DNA of 64,000 nt from a virus. The DNA is taken from positions 1-64,000 of IMG/VR virus record IMGVR_UViG_3300027806_000039; one strand, written 5' to 3'. The translations under genes were made by a program, and so were the position numbers. Below, piece by piece: positions 28,072-37,484 of the stretch. Below the pieces are notes generated by a model that searched no databases, was not told the DNA's origin, and saw only the letters and a list, made by a program, of their open reading frames with translations. Each line of letters opens with the position of its first letter. Position 1 is the first letter of the stretch.

Positions 28072-28305
28072 TCATGCCGCACCGCCTTTCTGTTCGCCGT
28101 AGCAGACCCGACGAAGCAAGTCGCGCTCCGCTTCCGCCACCTCCACCGCCGACGCCAGCGTCACGCAGCGGTCGGCGGTCTTGTCGATGGCCTTCGCCGC
28201 CAGGAGCAAGACGATGGCGGTCATGTTCACCGTGTGCTCGTCGCGGGCAGCCGCCCGGCACTGCTCCGCGATGTCGCGGAGGCTGAGGGGTTCAAGGCCG
28301 CTCAT
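28072..28305 (-). CDS. Hypothetical protein
   Basis: Coupled ORF in the early operon. Confidence 0.45.
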   Translation of the reverse strand: MSGLEPLSLRDIAEQCRAAARDEHTVNMTAIVLLLAAKAIDKTADRCVTLASAVEVAEAERDLLRRVCYGEQKGGAA

Positions 28306-28568
28306 GCGCCACCTCCGACAAGCTCGAGGCCGGCTGGCGTGAGGCGGATCGTGCGGCCGGAGCGGTCGCAGTAGGTCAGCATCCCGCGTTCGCGGAGTAG
28401 CCGTACGTGCGTCTGGCTTGCGTTGGGACTCGCGAAGCCGAAGGCACGGCAGATTTCCCGCCGCGTCGGGCCGTAGCCCTTCTCCGCGATGTAGGAGGCC
28501 ACCCAGCGGAGGATCTCCACTTGGCGGGTGGTTGGGGGTGGGGATTCGATTGTCGTGGTCATGGTCAT
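28302..28568 (-). CDS. LexA-type DNA-binding domain protein (no peptidase domain)
   Basis: TTRQVEIL...GYGPTRREICRAFGFASPN...HV..L.ERG. Confidence 0.8.
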   Translation of the reverse strand: MTMTTTIESPPPTTRQVEILRWVASYIAEKGYGPTRREICRAFGFASPNASQTHVRLLRERGMLTYCDRSGRTIRLTPAGLELVGGGA

Positions 28569-29074
28569 GCTCCGATGGCTATTGGCTGGATGTCACCGCT
28601 CGGCGTCACGCGGCCGAACTGCGGAATCTCCCCGAGCAGCCGACGCCGTGCGTAATTCAGCAGGCGAACGGCAGATCGCGAGTGCATCTGCGGCAGCTTG
28701 TCCAAAACTCGCTGCTCGATGTCGTCAAAGTCAGCAGCCGACGACATGTCGATCAGCACAACGAAGTCTTGCGAAAGCCGCTTGTCTTCGTCGTCGTTGA
28801 TGTTCAGTTCCAGCTTCGGCTCGGGCTTCGTCGTCTGACGCATCGCTTTCCTCTGCGACAGCCCTAGCTCGCGGTATTCGTCCAGAATCCACTTGAGTTG
28901 CGGGTACAGCGTGTCGCGGGTTCGCTTCACGTTCTTCAACGCCGCGTAGAGCAAGTCCTGATCGACTCGCTCGTGGCTCAAGTCGTCCTTCCACAGACGG
29001 CGTTCCTCGTCTGACCACTGGCACTGCGGCCAGAGCTGGTTGATCGACGTTCGGTTTTCGTCCCACGTTCTCAC
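28565..29074 (-). CDS. Hypothetical replication-module protein
   Basis: Coupled to the replication initiator. Confidence 0.55.
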   Translation of the reverse strand: MRTWDENRTSINQLWPQCQWSDEERRLWKDDLSHERVDQDLLYAALKNVKRTRDTLYPQLKWILDEYRELGLSQRKAMRQTTKPEPKLELNINDDEDKRLSQDFVVLIDMSSAADFDDIEQRVLDKLPQMHSRSAVRLLNYARRRLLGEIPQFGRVTPSGDIQPIAIGA

Positions 29075-29874
29075 AGGTTCCCTCCTGCTGGCTGACGTTC
29101 TCGGTGCTTCCGTGCATCATGCTTGGGGTGGTCAAACTCCCCAGCCAAGATCTTGTCTACGAACTCAAAGAACTTCGTGACCGCCAACGGCTTCTCGAAG
29201 AACTGGCACCGTGGCAATCGCTCCATTGCCAGCCGTGCGCGATCCAGCCAACCTGGCGTAGCGGCGTAGTCCACCCACGCCGAAGGGGCGATGAGAGGCT
29301 CCCAGCGGGCCGCCCGATCCGTGACGTTCCAGAGGGGCACAAACTCAGCCCATGCCTCTGCTGCCCAGCCAGGACGGCGAAACTCGTTTCCGCTGTGTGT
29401 GTGTGTGTTTTCTAAGGGAGAAGGGTTAAGGGAATGGGGAGAGGGGAGAAGGGAGAAGGCCCGGCTAGTTCCGGAATTTCCGTGACCGGCCGCGGAAGTT
29501 CCGTGACTAGTCATGGAATTTCCGTGACTTTGCGTTTCGCCCGTGTTTTGTGGGGGTTCTGGCAGTCCCTCAGACGTTTCCTTTGGGTGCGGGTTCTGGT
29601 GCTTGGCGAACCCGTTCACTTGAACGAACGTCCTGCCGTCAACGGTGTACAGCTGGACAAAGCCGCGGGCCGCAAGCTGCTCCATTAGGCCAGCCACATC
29701 GCAGTTGTCGTATGGCAACAGCTGCGCCTTGATCTTGGCGTGGCGGCACTCCATGCGGCCGTCGCGGTCAACGAGCGTCCAGAGGCCAGCGAACAGCAGG
29801 CGGGCCAGCGGGTCGCACTCGGCCAGCATGTCATTAGAGAAAAAGCCGGGCTTAAGAAGGCGTGTCCGTGCCAT
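29071..29874 (-). CDS. Putative replication initiator
   Basis: MARTRLLKPGFF...ARLLFAGLWT..DRDGR...KHQNPH N-terminal domain, Ser/Thr/His linker. Confidence 0.7.
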   Translation of the reverse strand: MARTRLLKPGFFSNDMLAECDPLARLLFAGLWTLVDRDGRMECRHAKIKAQLLPYDNCDVAGLMEQLAARGFVQLYTVDGRTFVQVNGFAKHQNPHPKETSEGLPEPPQNTGETQSHGNSMTSHGTSAAGHGNSGTSRAFSLLPSPHSLNPSPLENTHTHSGNEFRRPGWAAEAWAEFVPLWNVTDRAARWEPLIAPSAWVDYAATPGWLDRARLAMERLPRCQFFEKPLAVTKFFEFVDKILAGEFDHPKHDARKHRERQPAGGNL

Positions 29875-30676
29875 CCGTGGCTCCTTCAGTTTGCGGTGGT
29901 CCGGAGTTGATCTCGTCGAGCACCTGGCTTTGAAACTGCGTCCATGACGTGACTCGCTTAGCGAGCCACTCCAGCCACTCAATGCTGACGCCGACGGCCT
30001 TGGCGTCCTCTAGCAATTGCATGCATCGCCAATCGTTCAGGTAGCGGCATCGGTTCCGAAGGATGCCGCGGATGTAAAAGAGCTTTGCAGCGCCAGGGTT
30101 CTTTTCATCAGCCTTTCGGACGGCCACTACGCGGCCGATCTTCCAGAACCACTCATTCGTGACGCCATCGCGATCATCCTCGACGCGTGATGACTGCATC
30201 GCCCTGTCGGCTGCTTCGTGTATCGCGCTACAGATAGCGTCAAACCCGTGGCGTTTGATTAGCTTTCTGATTTCGTCACGCGCGGATGGAGTCCATGTGC
30301 AGCCCGCTTGGCCGATTGACTCAAACCAAAGCGACTGGGCCAGATCGACGGCCTGGTCATTGAGGTCAACGAGCGACATATGCCACTGATGCAGCATTTC
30401 CAGTTGCTGCCGTCGCTCTTCAAGGTCTTCTAGTTGCGACCGCCGCTTTTCAATCGCGGACGAATCCGAGAGTCGCTTATCCGACTTGCCAGCGTTGCAC
30501 GCGCGGCAGGCTGTCGCGAGGTTCAGCAAGTCATTGGTGCCACCTGCCGCGACGGGCGTGATGTGGTCAATCTCTAGCACCACGTCAGGGGCCTTGCCGC
30601 CACAGTATTGGCACGTGAATGAGTCTCGCTTAAAGACCTCGAACCTCACCGACTTCCGAATTGCTTCTCTTTCCAT
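29852..30676 (-). CDS. HNH endonuclease with C-terminal extension
   Basis: RFEVFKRD.FTCQYCG...DHI.P...GG....NL.TAC..CN. Confidence 0.85.
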   Translation of the reverse strand: MEREAIRKSVRFEVFKRDSFTCQYCGGKAPDVVLEIDHITPVAAGGTNDLLNLATACRACNAGKSDKRLSDSSAIEKRRSQLEDLEERRQQLEMLHQWHMSLVDLNDQAVDLAQSLWFESIGQAGCTWTPSARDEIRKLIKRHGFDAICSAIHEAADRAMQSSRVEDDRDGVTNEWFWKIGRVVAVRKADEKNPGAAKLFYIRGILRNRCRYLNDWRCMQLLEDAKAVGVSIEWLEWLAKRVTSWTQFQSQVLDEINSGPPQTEGATDGTDTPS

Positions 30677-30694
30677 CTCTTCTTTCCTTTGTGT

Positions 30695-31165
30695 TCAGCG
30701 GCGAGGGTCTTTCAGCATTTGCCGCAAGTTGGCAAACGCCATCTCCATGTCGCGGAAGACTGAGTGGCCCCAAGGCTTGCTATAGAGGTGCATCATCAAC
30801 AAATCGTCAAACAGCCTCTTGCCCTCAATAAACCCGTAGAGTTGCTTTTCCACCCCTACAGCGTCATCGCAAAAAACGATTGACCACTCTCCGAACGTCT
30901 TGTGCACGTACCACCCTTCTTCGTCATCCATGCGCTCAATAAGATCGTGCGGGAAGACAATCGTGTTTGACTTCCTTCCATTGCACGTCTTGCAAGCAGT
31001 CACTTTATTGATGTCGTGGTCGCTTCCGCCTCGTGATCTCGGTATCAGGTGATCAACTTCAAGCGCATCTGAACCAGGCATTGCGCCGCAATAGCGGCAC
31101 GCAAACCTGTCTCTGTGCAAGATCTTGAACCTCGCCGTCCTGTCTTGACGCCATGCAGTCTTCAT
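30695..31165 (-). CDS. HNH endonuclease
   Basis: RDRFACRYCG...DHLIP.SRGG...N.VTACKTCN. Confidence 0.85.
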   Translation of the reverse strand: MKTAWRQDRTARFKILHRDRFACRYCGAMPGSDALEVDHLIPRSRGGSDHDINKVTACKTCNGRKSNTIVFPHDLIERMDDEEGWYVHKTFGEWSIVFCDDAVGVEKQLYGFIEGKRLFDDLLMMHLYSKPWGHSVFRDMEMAFANLRQMLKDPRR

Positions 31166-31467
31166 TCGATTACTCCTTCCTCAACGATCACCACTTCCGC
31201 CTTCATCTTCCCCCTCGTCTGCAACCATTCCCTCCGATACGCCTCAAACGAACGCGGCCCAAAGTCCTTGACCCAGTTCACGTACGCGATCACGCACTGC
31301 TCGATCTCGGGATCGCGGTTCTGCTCATCTCGCTGCTTGCGTGCGGCGAGTTCATCTCGCTGCTTCTCCTCTTTCCATGACAGTTCTTTGGCCATCCGTA
31401 GCTCCTTTTCCATTCCGCCCCGCCGCGTCGAAGCGGCTTTCGCGCCTATCGCGAGGGCGGCCTGCAC
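31162..31467 (-). CDS. Hypothetical protein
   Basis: Coupled ORF; start uncertain. Confidence 0.4.
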   Translation of the reverse strand: MQAALAIGAKAASTRRGGMEKELRMAKELSWKEEKQRDELAARKQRDEQNRDPEIEQCVIAYVNWVKDFGPRSFEAYRREWLQTRGKMKAEVVIVEEGVIE

Positions 31468-32295
31468 CTACAGCCACGGGCAGTCAGGAATCGGGAATCG
31501 TGCATCAGCCCTGCAATACAACTTGCTGAGGCTGCGTCCTTCGAGAAACGCGCGAAGCGCCGTGCATGAACGCATAAACAACTCCTGCCTCGCTTCACTT
31601 CCGCCTGCATTCAGCGGAGTTGTCAGCAGGAACTCACGCAGCTTGATGGCCGCACTCTCGTCCGGTGCAGCACCGACTCCCGAGTGAAGCAAAGACTTGA
31701 ACCGTTCCAAGTCAACGTGACTCTGAGTGAACCAAGCGGAAGCAATCGCCGCAGACACTGCGGAATTTGAAAGACCCCTGCACGCCTTCGGCGGAACCGC
31801 AAACGCCATGGCATCGGCGACGTGCTCGCAAAAAATGGCGAACTTTCCAGTGTCAAAACACTGGTTGTTCCATACCGTCTCGTTCCTTGCCGCGTGGTAG
31901 TCCTGCCACAACGCCCGACAAATTGCCACCTCCGTCTGCGACAACTTCATTCCCATGAAGTTGAGGACGTTGGTGATGGAACGCGGCCTGCCACTGTCGA
32001 TGGCATGAATCAGTTCTTGCGAAAGCCCCCACGTGACCATCATTTCAACAGGCGTATCGCCGCTGGCGATTGCGGCCAAGCGATGCTGACCATCGGCCAA
32101 GCTGCCGTCAGCGTAAAAGGCGATGCCTTGGTGCGTTATCTTCCACTTGCCTTCAGCAATTTGCTGACGCATCAGAGAAACGCGATGCTGATTGATCGGC
32201 CTGTTGTTCTCGTTCTTAAGCAACCACTCGGATGCCATCTCTGGTGTCACAAGCACGCGCCGCGTCGAAAACCCATCGCACACTGCGGTAGCCAT
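31468..32295 (-). CDS. ParB-like (DGQHR) domain protein
   Basis: VTPEMASEWL..N.NNR...G.W...DGQHRL.AI. Confidence 0.75.
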   Translation of the reverse strand: MATAVCDGFSTRRVLVTPEMASEWLLKNENNRPINQHRVSLMRQQIAEGKWKITHQGIAFYADGSLADGQHRLAAIASGDTPVEMMVTWGLSQELIHAIDSGRPRSITNVLNFMGMKLSQTEVAICRALWQDYHAARNETVWNNQCFDTGKFAIFCEHVADAMAFAVPPKACRGLSNSAVSAAIASAWFTQSHVDLERFKSLLHSGVGAAPDESAAIKLREFLLTTPLNAGGSEARQELFMRSCTALRAFLEGRSLSKLYCRADARFPIPDCPWL

Positions 32296-32344
32296 ATCTC
32301 GTCTCCTTTGCTCTCGCGATTCCTTTCACCAACCCGGCCGCACG

Positions 32345-32647
32345 TCAACGCGACGCCGCCGCAACTTTCCATTCCCGCTCGTGCCGCCCACTCGCGCTCC
32401 TCACCAGCCGGCCCGTCTCAGCGATCAACCCGGCCTTGGCGAGTTCATGCAGCCGCCTCCCGATCTGATGCGGGACTAGGCCGCAACGCGCCGCGATTGC
32501 TGACGCACCGCCTGGAGCCGCGGCCAGCGCCTCGAGGATCTGCCGGTGGTGCTCGCCGCGGAACCGCTTGGCATCCGCAGCAGCGATCCGGCTCGTCACC
32601 GGGTCGGTGCGGCGAAAGAGCGGGAGGTCTTCTAGGTCTGTTGTCAT
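32345..32647 (-). CDS. Winged-helix DNA-binding protein
   Basis: RRTDPVTS..AA...RRLHEL...GLI.ETG. Confidence 0.7.
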   Translation of the reverse strand: MTTDLEDLPLFRRTDPVTSRIAAADAKRFRGEHHRQILEALAAAPGGASAIAARCGLVPHQIGRRLHELAKAGLIAETGRLVRSASGRHEREWKVAAASR

Positions 32648-32676
32648 GTGTCGGCACTCCTTTGCCTTTGTCCGTT

Positions 32677-33498
32677 TCACATCAACTGAGGAGGCTTCGG
32701 AGTCTTGCTCCGCAGCTGGGACCAATCGCAATATGCCTGCTCGAAAAGTGCAGGCGACCGATGCCCGAGGTGAAGCCGGCCTGAGCCAGCCTGGGCCATC
32801 TCGCAATGAGTCGCTGAAGAACGCCTCAGGAACTTCGACGTGCCAGCGACTCCGCAGCCGTCGAGGTGCGACCGCATGATCCGCATGCATTGGCGAGGCT
32901 TGGCCACCCACCCCAGAATCCGCCCGTCGGGCGAGCGGGCCAGCATAGCGTGCACGGCTTCAAGGCACGCAGGGGAAAGGGTTCGCGTCAACGGATCGCC
33001 CGTCTTGCTCTGCGTCCACGAAAGCGAATCGCCGTCGAGCTGGTCGCCGCGGAACGACATGACATCTCCGAACCTCGCGCCGGTTTCGTAGCCAAGAAGC
33101 AGCCACGCTCGCAAAAACGTGCCGTGATCGGCACCGCTGCGCAGTCGCTTGCCATCATGCTTGCTCGCGTTGGCGACGACGGCCTGGAGTTGCGATACCG
33201 TCCACGCCTTCGTGGGCTTGCGGCGAGCCTTCATCCGCATCACGCCGCGAGGCGCGACATCCATCAAGCCGGTTTCGTAAGCCCAGCGCCAGAGCGAAAG
33301 CAGGATCGTCCGCTCACTGCGGACGGTGATGCCGCTGACCTTCTCAACGCGGGCCAGCAAGTAGCGGTTGATCCGCTCGGCCGCGACGACGCCCGCGCGT
33401 CCAGCAATCCGCCTCACATTGTGCGAGTAGAGATTGGAGACATGTCGCTCAGCGAGATAGAGCGGTGCGATCTCTGAGAATGTCGTGGGCGTGCTCAT
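32677..33498 (-). CDS. Tyrosine recombinase (second, divergent)
   Basis: TGARFG (R), SKTG (K), KFLRR (K in place of H), HLGH, QAY (Y). Confidence 0.8.
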   Translation of the reverse strand: MSTPTTFSEIAPLYLAERHVSNLYSHNVRRIAGRAGVVAAERINRYLLARVEKVSGITVRSERTILLSLWRWAYETGLMDVAPRGVMRMKARRKPTKAWTVSQLQAVVANASKHDGKRLRSGADHGTFLRAWLLLGYETGARFGDVMSFRGDQLDGDSLSWTQSKTGDPLTRTLSPACLEAVHAMLARSPDGRILGWVAKPRQCMRIMRSHLDGCGVAGTSKFLRRSSATHCEMAQAGSGRLHLGHRSPALFEQAYCDWSQLRSKTPKPPQLM

Positions 33499-33519
33499 TG
33501 CAGGTATTCCATTCCTTCC

Positions 33520-33660
33520 GTGTATTGGCCGCGTGACGTGCGGCATCCGGTCGAGTTACTCTTGGGAGGCGCGAGCCTCGACTGCGGTGGTCTGTGCGAT
33601 ACTCCCGCGGAACGACCCATGCGGCTCCGATGACAGCCGCTCGGCAAGGGTGTGCCGGTC
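33520..33660 (-). ncRNA. Candidate structured RNA
   Basis: Intergenic stems GCGGCT/AGCCGC, GTCGAG/CTCGAC, GCCGC/GCGGC and possible GGGAG/CTCCC pseudoknot. Confidence 0.35.
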
Positions 33661-33666
33661 GCAAAG

Positions 33667-33912
33667 TCAGTAGCCAAGACGATCCGCCAACGCTTCCTCT
33701 TGCTCCGTGCGTGGTCCGTTCGTGCCACCTCGCAGCCGCACCGGCGGCAGGTTTCGCCACCGCTCGCGAGCCGCCGCCTCTCGCCTCCGCTCCTCGATGG
33801 CTTCTGCTCGCGACTCCTCTTCGATGTCGCGATCAATGGAATCGAGGTAGGCGTTCCATCGCCGGTTCGACTGCATCCGATCCTCGTCAGGTTCGCGGTC
33901 GTCAGCGTCCAT
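33667..33912 (-). CDS. Small charged hypothetical protein
   Basis: ORF in the early operon. Confidence 0.45.
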   Translation of the reverse strand: MDADDREPDEDRMQSNRRWNAYLDSIDRDIEEESRAEAIEERRREAAARERWRNLPPVRLRGGTNGPRTEQEEALADRLGY

Positions 33913-33928
33913 GCGTCTCGTCTTTCGA

Positions 33929-34405
33929 TCAGAAGGGGATGTGGTCAGCATCAACCGCAACCTTCGCGGCTGCCGTTCGCGGTGCCGCCTTCGGCTTGCT
34001 CGCCGCCGCCGGCTGGGCAGGCAGGTACTTCTTGACGACGGCCGAGACCTTGCCAGCCTTCGACGTGTAGTGACTCACCTCGACCGTGATGACACGCCCG
34101 ACCAGATCGTTCGGATTCAGGCTGAGCACGCCGCCGGCCACGTCGTTGCCGCACGCCGCGGCCAGCTGCTTCGCACGCCAGCCGAGATGCTGCGGGATGT
34201 CGTCAAAGACAAACCGGAACCGGCCGTTCACGGCCGACAGACGCAGCGACAAGCAGTCGCCGTTCGGGTTCTCGTCGCACTGCTTGTAGGGGTTCGCCTT
34301 CTCTTCCGCCGACTTGATCTCCATCAGATGCGTGCCCGCCGGCACGATGTCGAACTCGGCAGGCGTGGTGGTCATGGGGTCGTCTTGCTGAATGGTGAAG
34401 TCCAT
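33929..34405 (-). CDS. Single-stranded DNA-binding protein (DUF669-like)
   Basis: IVPAGTH...DLVGR, C-terminal DHIPF; follows the AAA recombinase. Confidence 0.7.
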   Translation of the reverse strand: MDFTIQQDDPMTTTPAEFDIVPAGTHLMEIKSAEEKANPYKQCDENPNGDCLSLRLSAVNGRFRFVFDDIPQHLGWRAKQLAAACGNDVAGGVLSLNPNDLVGRVITVEVSHYTSKAGKVSAVVKKYLPAQPAAASKPKAAPRTAAAKVAVDADHIPF

Positions 34406-34425
34406 TTCTCTCGGTCCTTTCTGTT

Positions 34426-35376
34426 TCAGGCCACATGGGCCGGGGTGTTGCTGTTCTCGAACGCCAGAGCGACGCGCCTCTGCGAGGCGATCCGCCCAAT
34501 CTCTTCCGCCGTAGCCTGCGTCATGCGTCCACTCACGACTCGGTCGGCCAAGGCCATGACAAGCTGGTCGATCCGCTCCACCGTGGTGGCGTCGGCAATC
34601 GCCTTGCTGGCTGACGCCACGACGTTCATGTCGATGTCCACCGGGAACGGTGCCGGCGAAGCCACCGGCTCGCTGTCTGACAGCCACGCAGCAAGCTTGC
34701 GGCCCGTCTCGACCGTGATGGGCTTCGGATCGCCGGAGAAAAGTCCAGTGCGGTCCTTGCTCACCGTGGCGTAGTGCCCGTTGTGAATCAGATCCAGGCA
34801 GACCGTGAACTCGTACTCCAGGCCGTCGCGGGCCTCGAGCTTCATGCCGAGCTTCTCGACTCGCTTCTTTCCGTTCGGGCCTTCCGACTGAGCAGTCTCG
34901 GTCTTTGCCCGCCCGGTGCAGATCATGTGCTTGGGCGAGTGGATGATCCGATCTACGAACCGCCGCCACCGCGGAGTGATGACGCTCCAGGCGCTCCACG
35001 TATTTCCCTTGAACGATGCCTTGGCAACGTCGTCAAGGATTTCAAGGCATCCGCCGGGGCCGCTCCAGCACTGCGTCACCGAGTCGATGACGATCACGTC
35101 GTAGCCAGCCTTTTCGGCTGCGTCGATGGCTTCGATGTAGGCTTCCGGCGTGAACGGTGGCCTCAAGTCAATGACATCGAATTCATAATCCGAGAAGTTC
35201 GGATGCCTCTGGTCGTAGGCGTCGCTTGAGCCTTCTTCCGTGTCGATGACGACACATCGACCACCGAGCCCGCGGGCAAGTTCCAGCCCGCCCCATGTCT
35301 TTCCGCTGCCGCTCGGTCCTGAGAGCAGTAGCCGCAGTTTGGTGGCACTGCGGCGGGCCTTTCTGATCTGAACCAT
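34426..35376 (-). CDS. AAA-family ATPase (Sak4/AAA_24-like recombination protein)
   Basis: GPSGSGKT, IDTE, VIDS, EYEFT and SKDRT motifs. Confidence 0.85.
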   Translation of the reverse strand: MVQIRKARRSATKLRLLLSGPSGSGKTWGGLELARGLGGRCVVIDTEEGSSDAYDQRHPNFSDYEFDVIDLRPPFTPEAYIEAIDAAEKAGYDVIVIDSVTQCWSGPGGCLEILDDVAKASFKGNTWSAWSVITPRWRRFVDRIIHSPKHMICTGRAKTETAQSEGPNGKKRVEKLGMKLEARDGLEYEFTVCLDLIHNGHYATVSKDRTGLFSGDPKPITVETGRKLAAWLSDSEPVASPAPFPVDIDMNVVASASKAIADATTVERIDQLVMALADRVVSGRMTQATAEEIGRIASQRRVALAFENSNTPAHVA

Positions 35377-35519
35377 GTCGAGTTCCCTTCGTTTTCGTTC
35401 CGTTGTGAAATCCCGCTCTGCGTCATGCTCGGCGGGCTGATCCATCCCTTCCGTGGTCTGCCGGTTCCACCGGCTCCTTTCCGCCCGCTGGCCTCCTGCC
35501 GGCTGGCGTTCCTTGTTCG

Positions 35520-35792
35520 CTAGAACGGCACCGCCTGGGCGTCGGTGACCGCGTAGTGCAGGCTGCCGCGATCCGGCACATGACGCCGAACGTGGTAGGT
35601 GTCGTCGGTGAGCACCTCGACCACGACGCCAGCGAGCAACTCGCCGGCTTCGTGCCACTTGATCCGGTCGCCAACGGCGTAGGTCGTCGTGAGCTTGCCG
35701 TCGCGGATGACGCCGCGACCGCCGTAGGTCTCGTTCATCGCGGCCACAGCACCGTGGTATTCCGCATCACCGGGCATCATTTCGCTGTTCAT
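35520..35792 (-). CDS. Hypothetical protein
   Basis: GAGGAG RBS; first gene after a promoter. Confidence 0.55.
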   Translation of the reverse strand: MNSEMMPGDAEYHGAVAAMNETYGGRGVIRDGKLTTTYAVGDRIKWHEAGELLAGVVVEVLTDDTYHVRRHVPDRGSLHYAVTDAQAVPF

Positions 35793-35820
35793 GCGTCAAA
35801 CTCCTCTGGTTGGGGGGCGT

Positions 35821-35848
35821 AATGTACCCGCGTACATATATGGGTCAA
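35821..35848 (-). promoter_or_regulatory. Promoter with overlapping palindromic operator
   Basis: TTGACC-N16-TACATT; TGTAC-CCGC-GTACA at 35823-35836. Confidence 0.55.
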
Positions 35849-35923
35849 GGGTCTACTAAACGATTTTTTGTGCCATGTTTTCCCGTGCGAAACGCACATT
35901 GGCGGTACTCGATTGCAGTAGCG

Positions 35924-36451
35924 TCATTGAGCCCCCACCAACGGTGCCGCAATGCCTAGGTCGGCGAGCGTCAGCACGGCGGGATCGCACTGCTGCGGGG
36001 AAACCAGCCACGAATAGGACCGACCGCTCGGGTGAATCGAAGGCGGCAGCACGCTCTGCGCTGGCCTTCCGCCCATGCGTATCTCCAAGCCACCACGCTT
36101 TACCCAGCCGCGAGCCGGCAGCGGGTCCGCAAGGCGAAACAGGTGGTGCATGCCACGCTGGCTCGACCAGCACGGCGTCTCGATCTCGCAGAGCGGCGTG
36201 CCGTCTGCCGTCTCAAGCTGGCGGAACATCTCGCAGCCCGCGATGTCGTCGTATTCGATGTCGATCAGCCCGCCCGATCCGCAGAGCAGCCCGACGTTGT
36301 CGCCGGCCGCGAGCCACGCGGCGATCTCGGAGGGGTCGGAACTGGCGAGCGTGTTCCACGCCATGCCGAGCGGCGTCTTGCCGCGACGGGCAACGCGGAC
36401 GCAGGAGGCACCGCAATCGAGCAGGGCGAGCATGTCAGGGTCGAGGGGCAT
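35924..36451 (-). CDS. Bifunctional primase-polymerase N-terminal (prim-pol) domain protein
   Basis: GKTP, NVGLLCG, IDIE.D, GMHHLF, VLPPSIHPSG..Y.W; start uncertain. Confidence 0.8.
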   Translation of the reverse strand: MPLDPDMLALLDCGASCVRVARRGKTPLGMAWNTLASSDPSEIAAWLAAGDNVGLLCGSGGLIDIEYDDIAGCEMFRQLETADGTPLCEIETPCWSSQRGMHHLFRLADPLPARGWVKRGGLEIRMGGRPAQSVLPPSIHPSGRSYSWLVSPQQCDPAVLTLADLGIAAPLVGAQ

Positions 36452-36528
36452 CGGAGGGGCTCCAGGGTCATGGGCAAGCTTGGTTTCGTACGATTCGTGC
36501 ATATGTATACGCAGGTCTTTGCATATCG

Positions 36529-36774
36529 TCAACGGACAATTCCTAGGGCAGCGTCGGCAAGGTCGAGAGTCGCCCTGCCAAGCTGCCGCAGACGCCCAGG
36601 CTCGGGATGCGGCTGGGGCATCGGCTGATAGGCAGGCTGGGCGTAGGGTTGCTGGCTGGCGATCCGCGTGGCGATCTCCAGCATGGCGAGCCGCTGGCGG
36701 GTCTCGACCAGCATGGAGCAGCCGGCGGCGAGCACGGCGATGATGAGCAGGGCTCGAAGCGTATCGTGGATCAT
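36529..36774 (-). CDS. Small membrane/lipoprotein
   Basis: LLIIAVLAAGC signal. Confidence 0.55.
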   Translation of the reverse strand: MIHDTLRALLIIAVLAAGCSMLVETRQRLAMLEIATRIASQQPYAQPAYQPMPQPHPEPGRLRQLGRATLDLADAALGIVR

Positions 36775-36855
36775 GGCAGTCCTTTGTGTGTTCGGTTGCC
36801 ACCCGTTTCGCGGCTGTCGGCTGGCCGGGTGGCCCCACCTAAATAGTCGTTTCGC

Positions 36856-37053
36856 CTAGCTGGCACGCGATGGCAGTCTGCCGGCATTCCCCTCCAGCAC
36901 AGCCCGTTCGTATTCGGCAATACGCAAATTGCGGCGAGCAGCTTCAGCGAGGGCCGCCTCCTTGTGGCTCATCCGGCAAGAAGGCTTGCCCTGCACGACT
37001 GCCAAGTACCACCCGCGACTATCTCGAAACACCTTCCAGTTGACGCTCTTCAT
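36856..37053 (-). CDS. Hypothetical protein
   Basis: GAGGA RBS. Confidence 0.5.
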   Translation of the reverse strand: MKSVNWKVFRDSRGWYLAVVQGKPSCRMSHKEAALAEAARRNLRIAEYERAVLEGNAGRLPSRAS

Positions 37054-37121
37054 TGACGTGTCCTCGTGTTCGTGGTGATGTTGCCCGCCGGCCCTGTTTT
37101 GCCGGCGGGCGAGCTGATTGG

Positions 37122-37364
37122 TCAGGCAAAGCAACTGAGTGGCAGGCGAATGGTCGCCTTGTCGATGCCGCGTCCGATTGAGCGAAAATCCGGGCTGACA
37201 GTCAGAACGTATTCACCGATGAGATGAGCCCACTCGACCTGCCGAACGACGTAGTGCCCGCCACCATTCTTGGTGCAAATCTCGTCGCCAGCCTTGACCG
37301 TGCATCCACCAGCGACCATCTCGTCAGCCATCATCCGAATCCCCTTGATCGTTGCGGCGTTCAT
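37122..37364 (-). CDS. Hypothetical protein
   Basis: GGAG RBS; first gene after duplicated promoter (an in-frame ATG also exists at 37409). Confidence 0.5.
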   Translation of the reverse strand: MNAATIKGIRMMADEMVAGGCTVKAGDEICTKNGGGHYVVRQVEWAHLIGEYVLTVSPDFRSIGRGIDKATIRLPLSCFA

Positions 37365-37406
37365 CGTTTCGTCTCCCGGTTGGCGTCTGCGAGTCTCATT
37401 CGCTCG

Positions 37407-37444
37407 CATGCCCCAATCATATCGGCAGATCATTGCATATTCAA
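37407..37444 (-). promoter_or_regulatory. Promoter/operator copy 1
   Basis: TTGAAT-N17-TATGAT-TGGGGC-ATG; 32/38 identical to 37833-37870. Confidence 0.7.
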
Positions 37445-37484
37445 TAGGGGTAAATGCCGGGGAAACTCACTTTCCGAAAATTTT

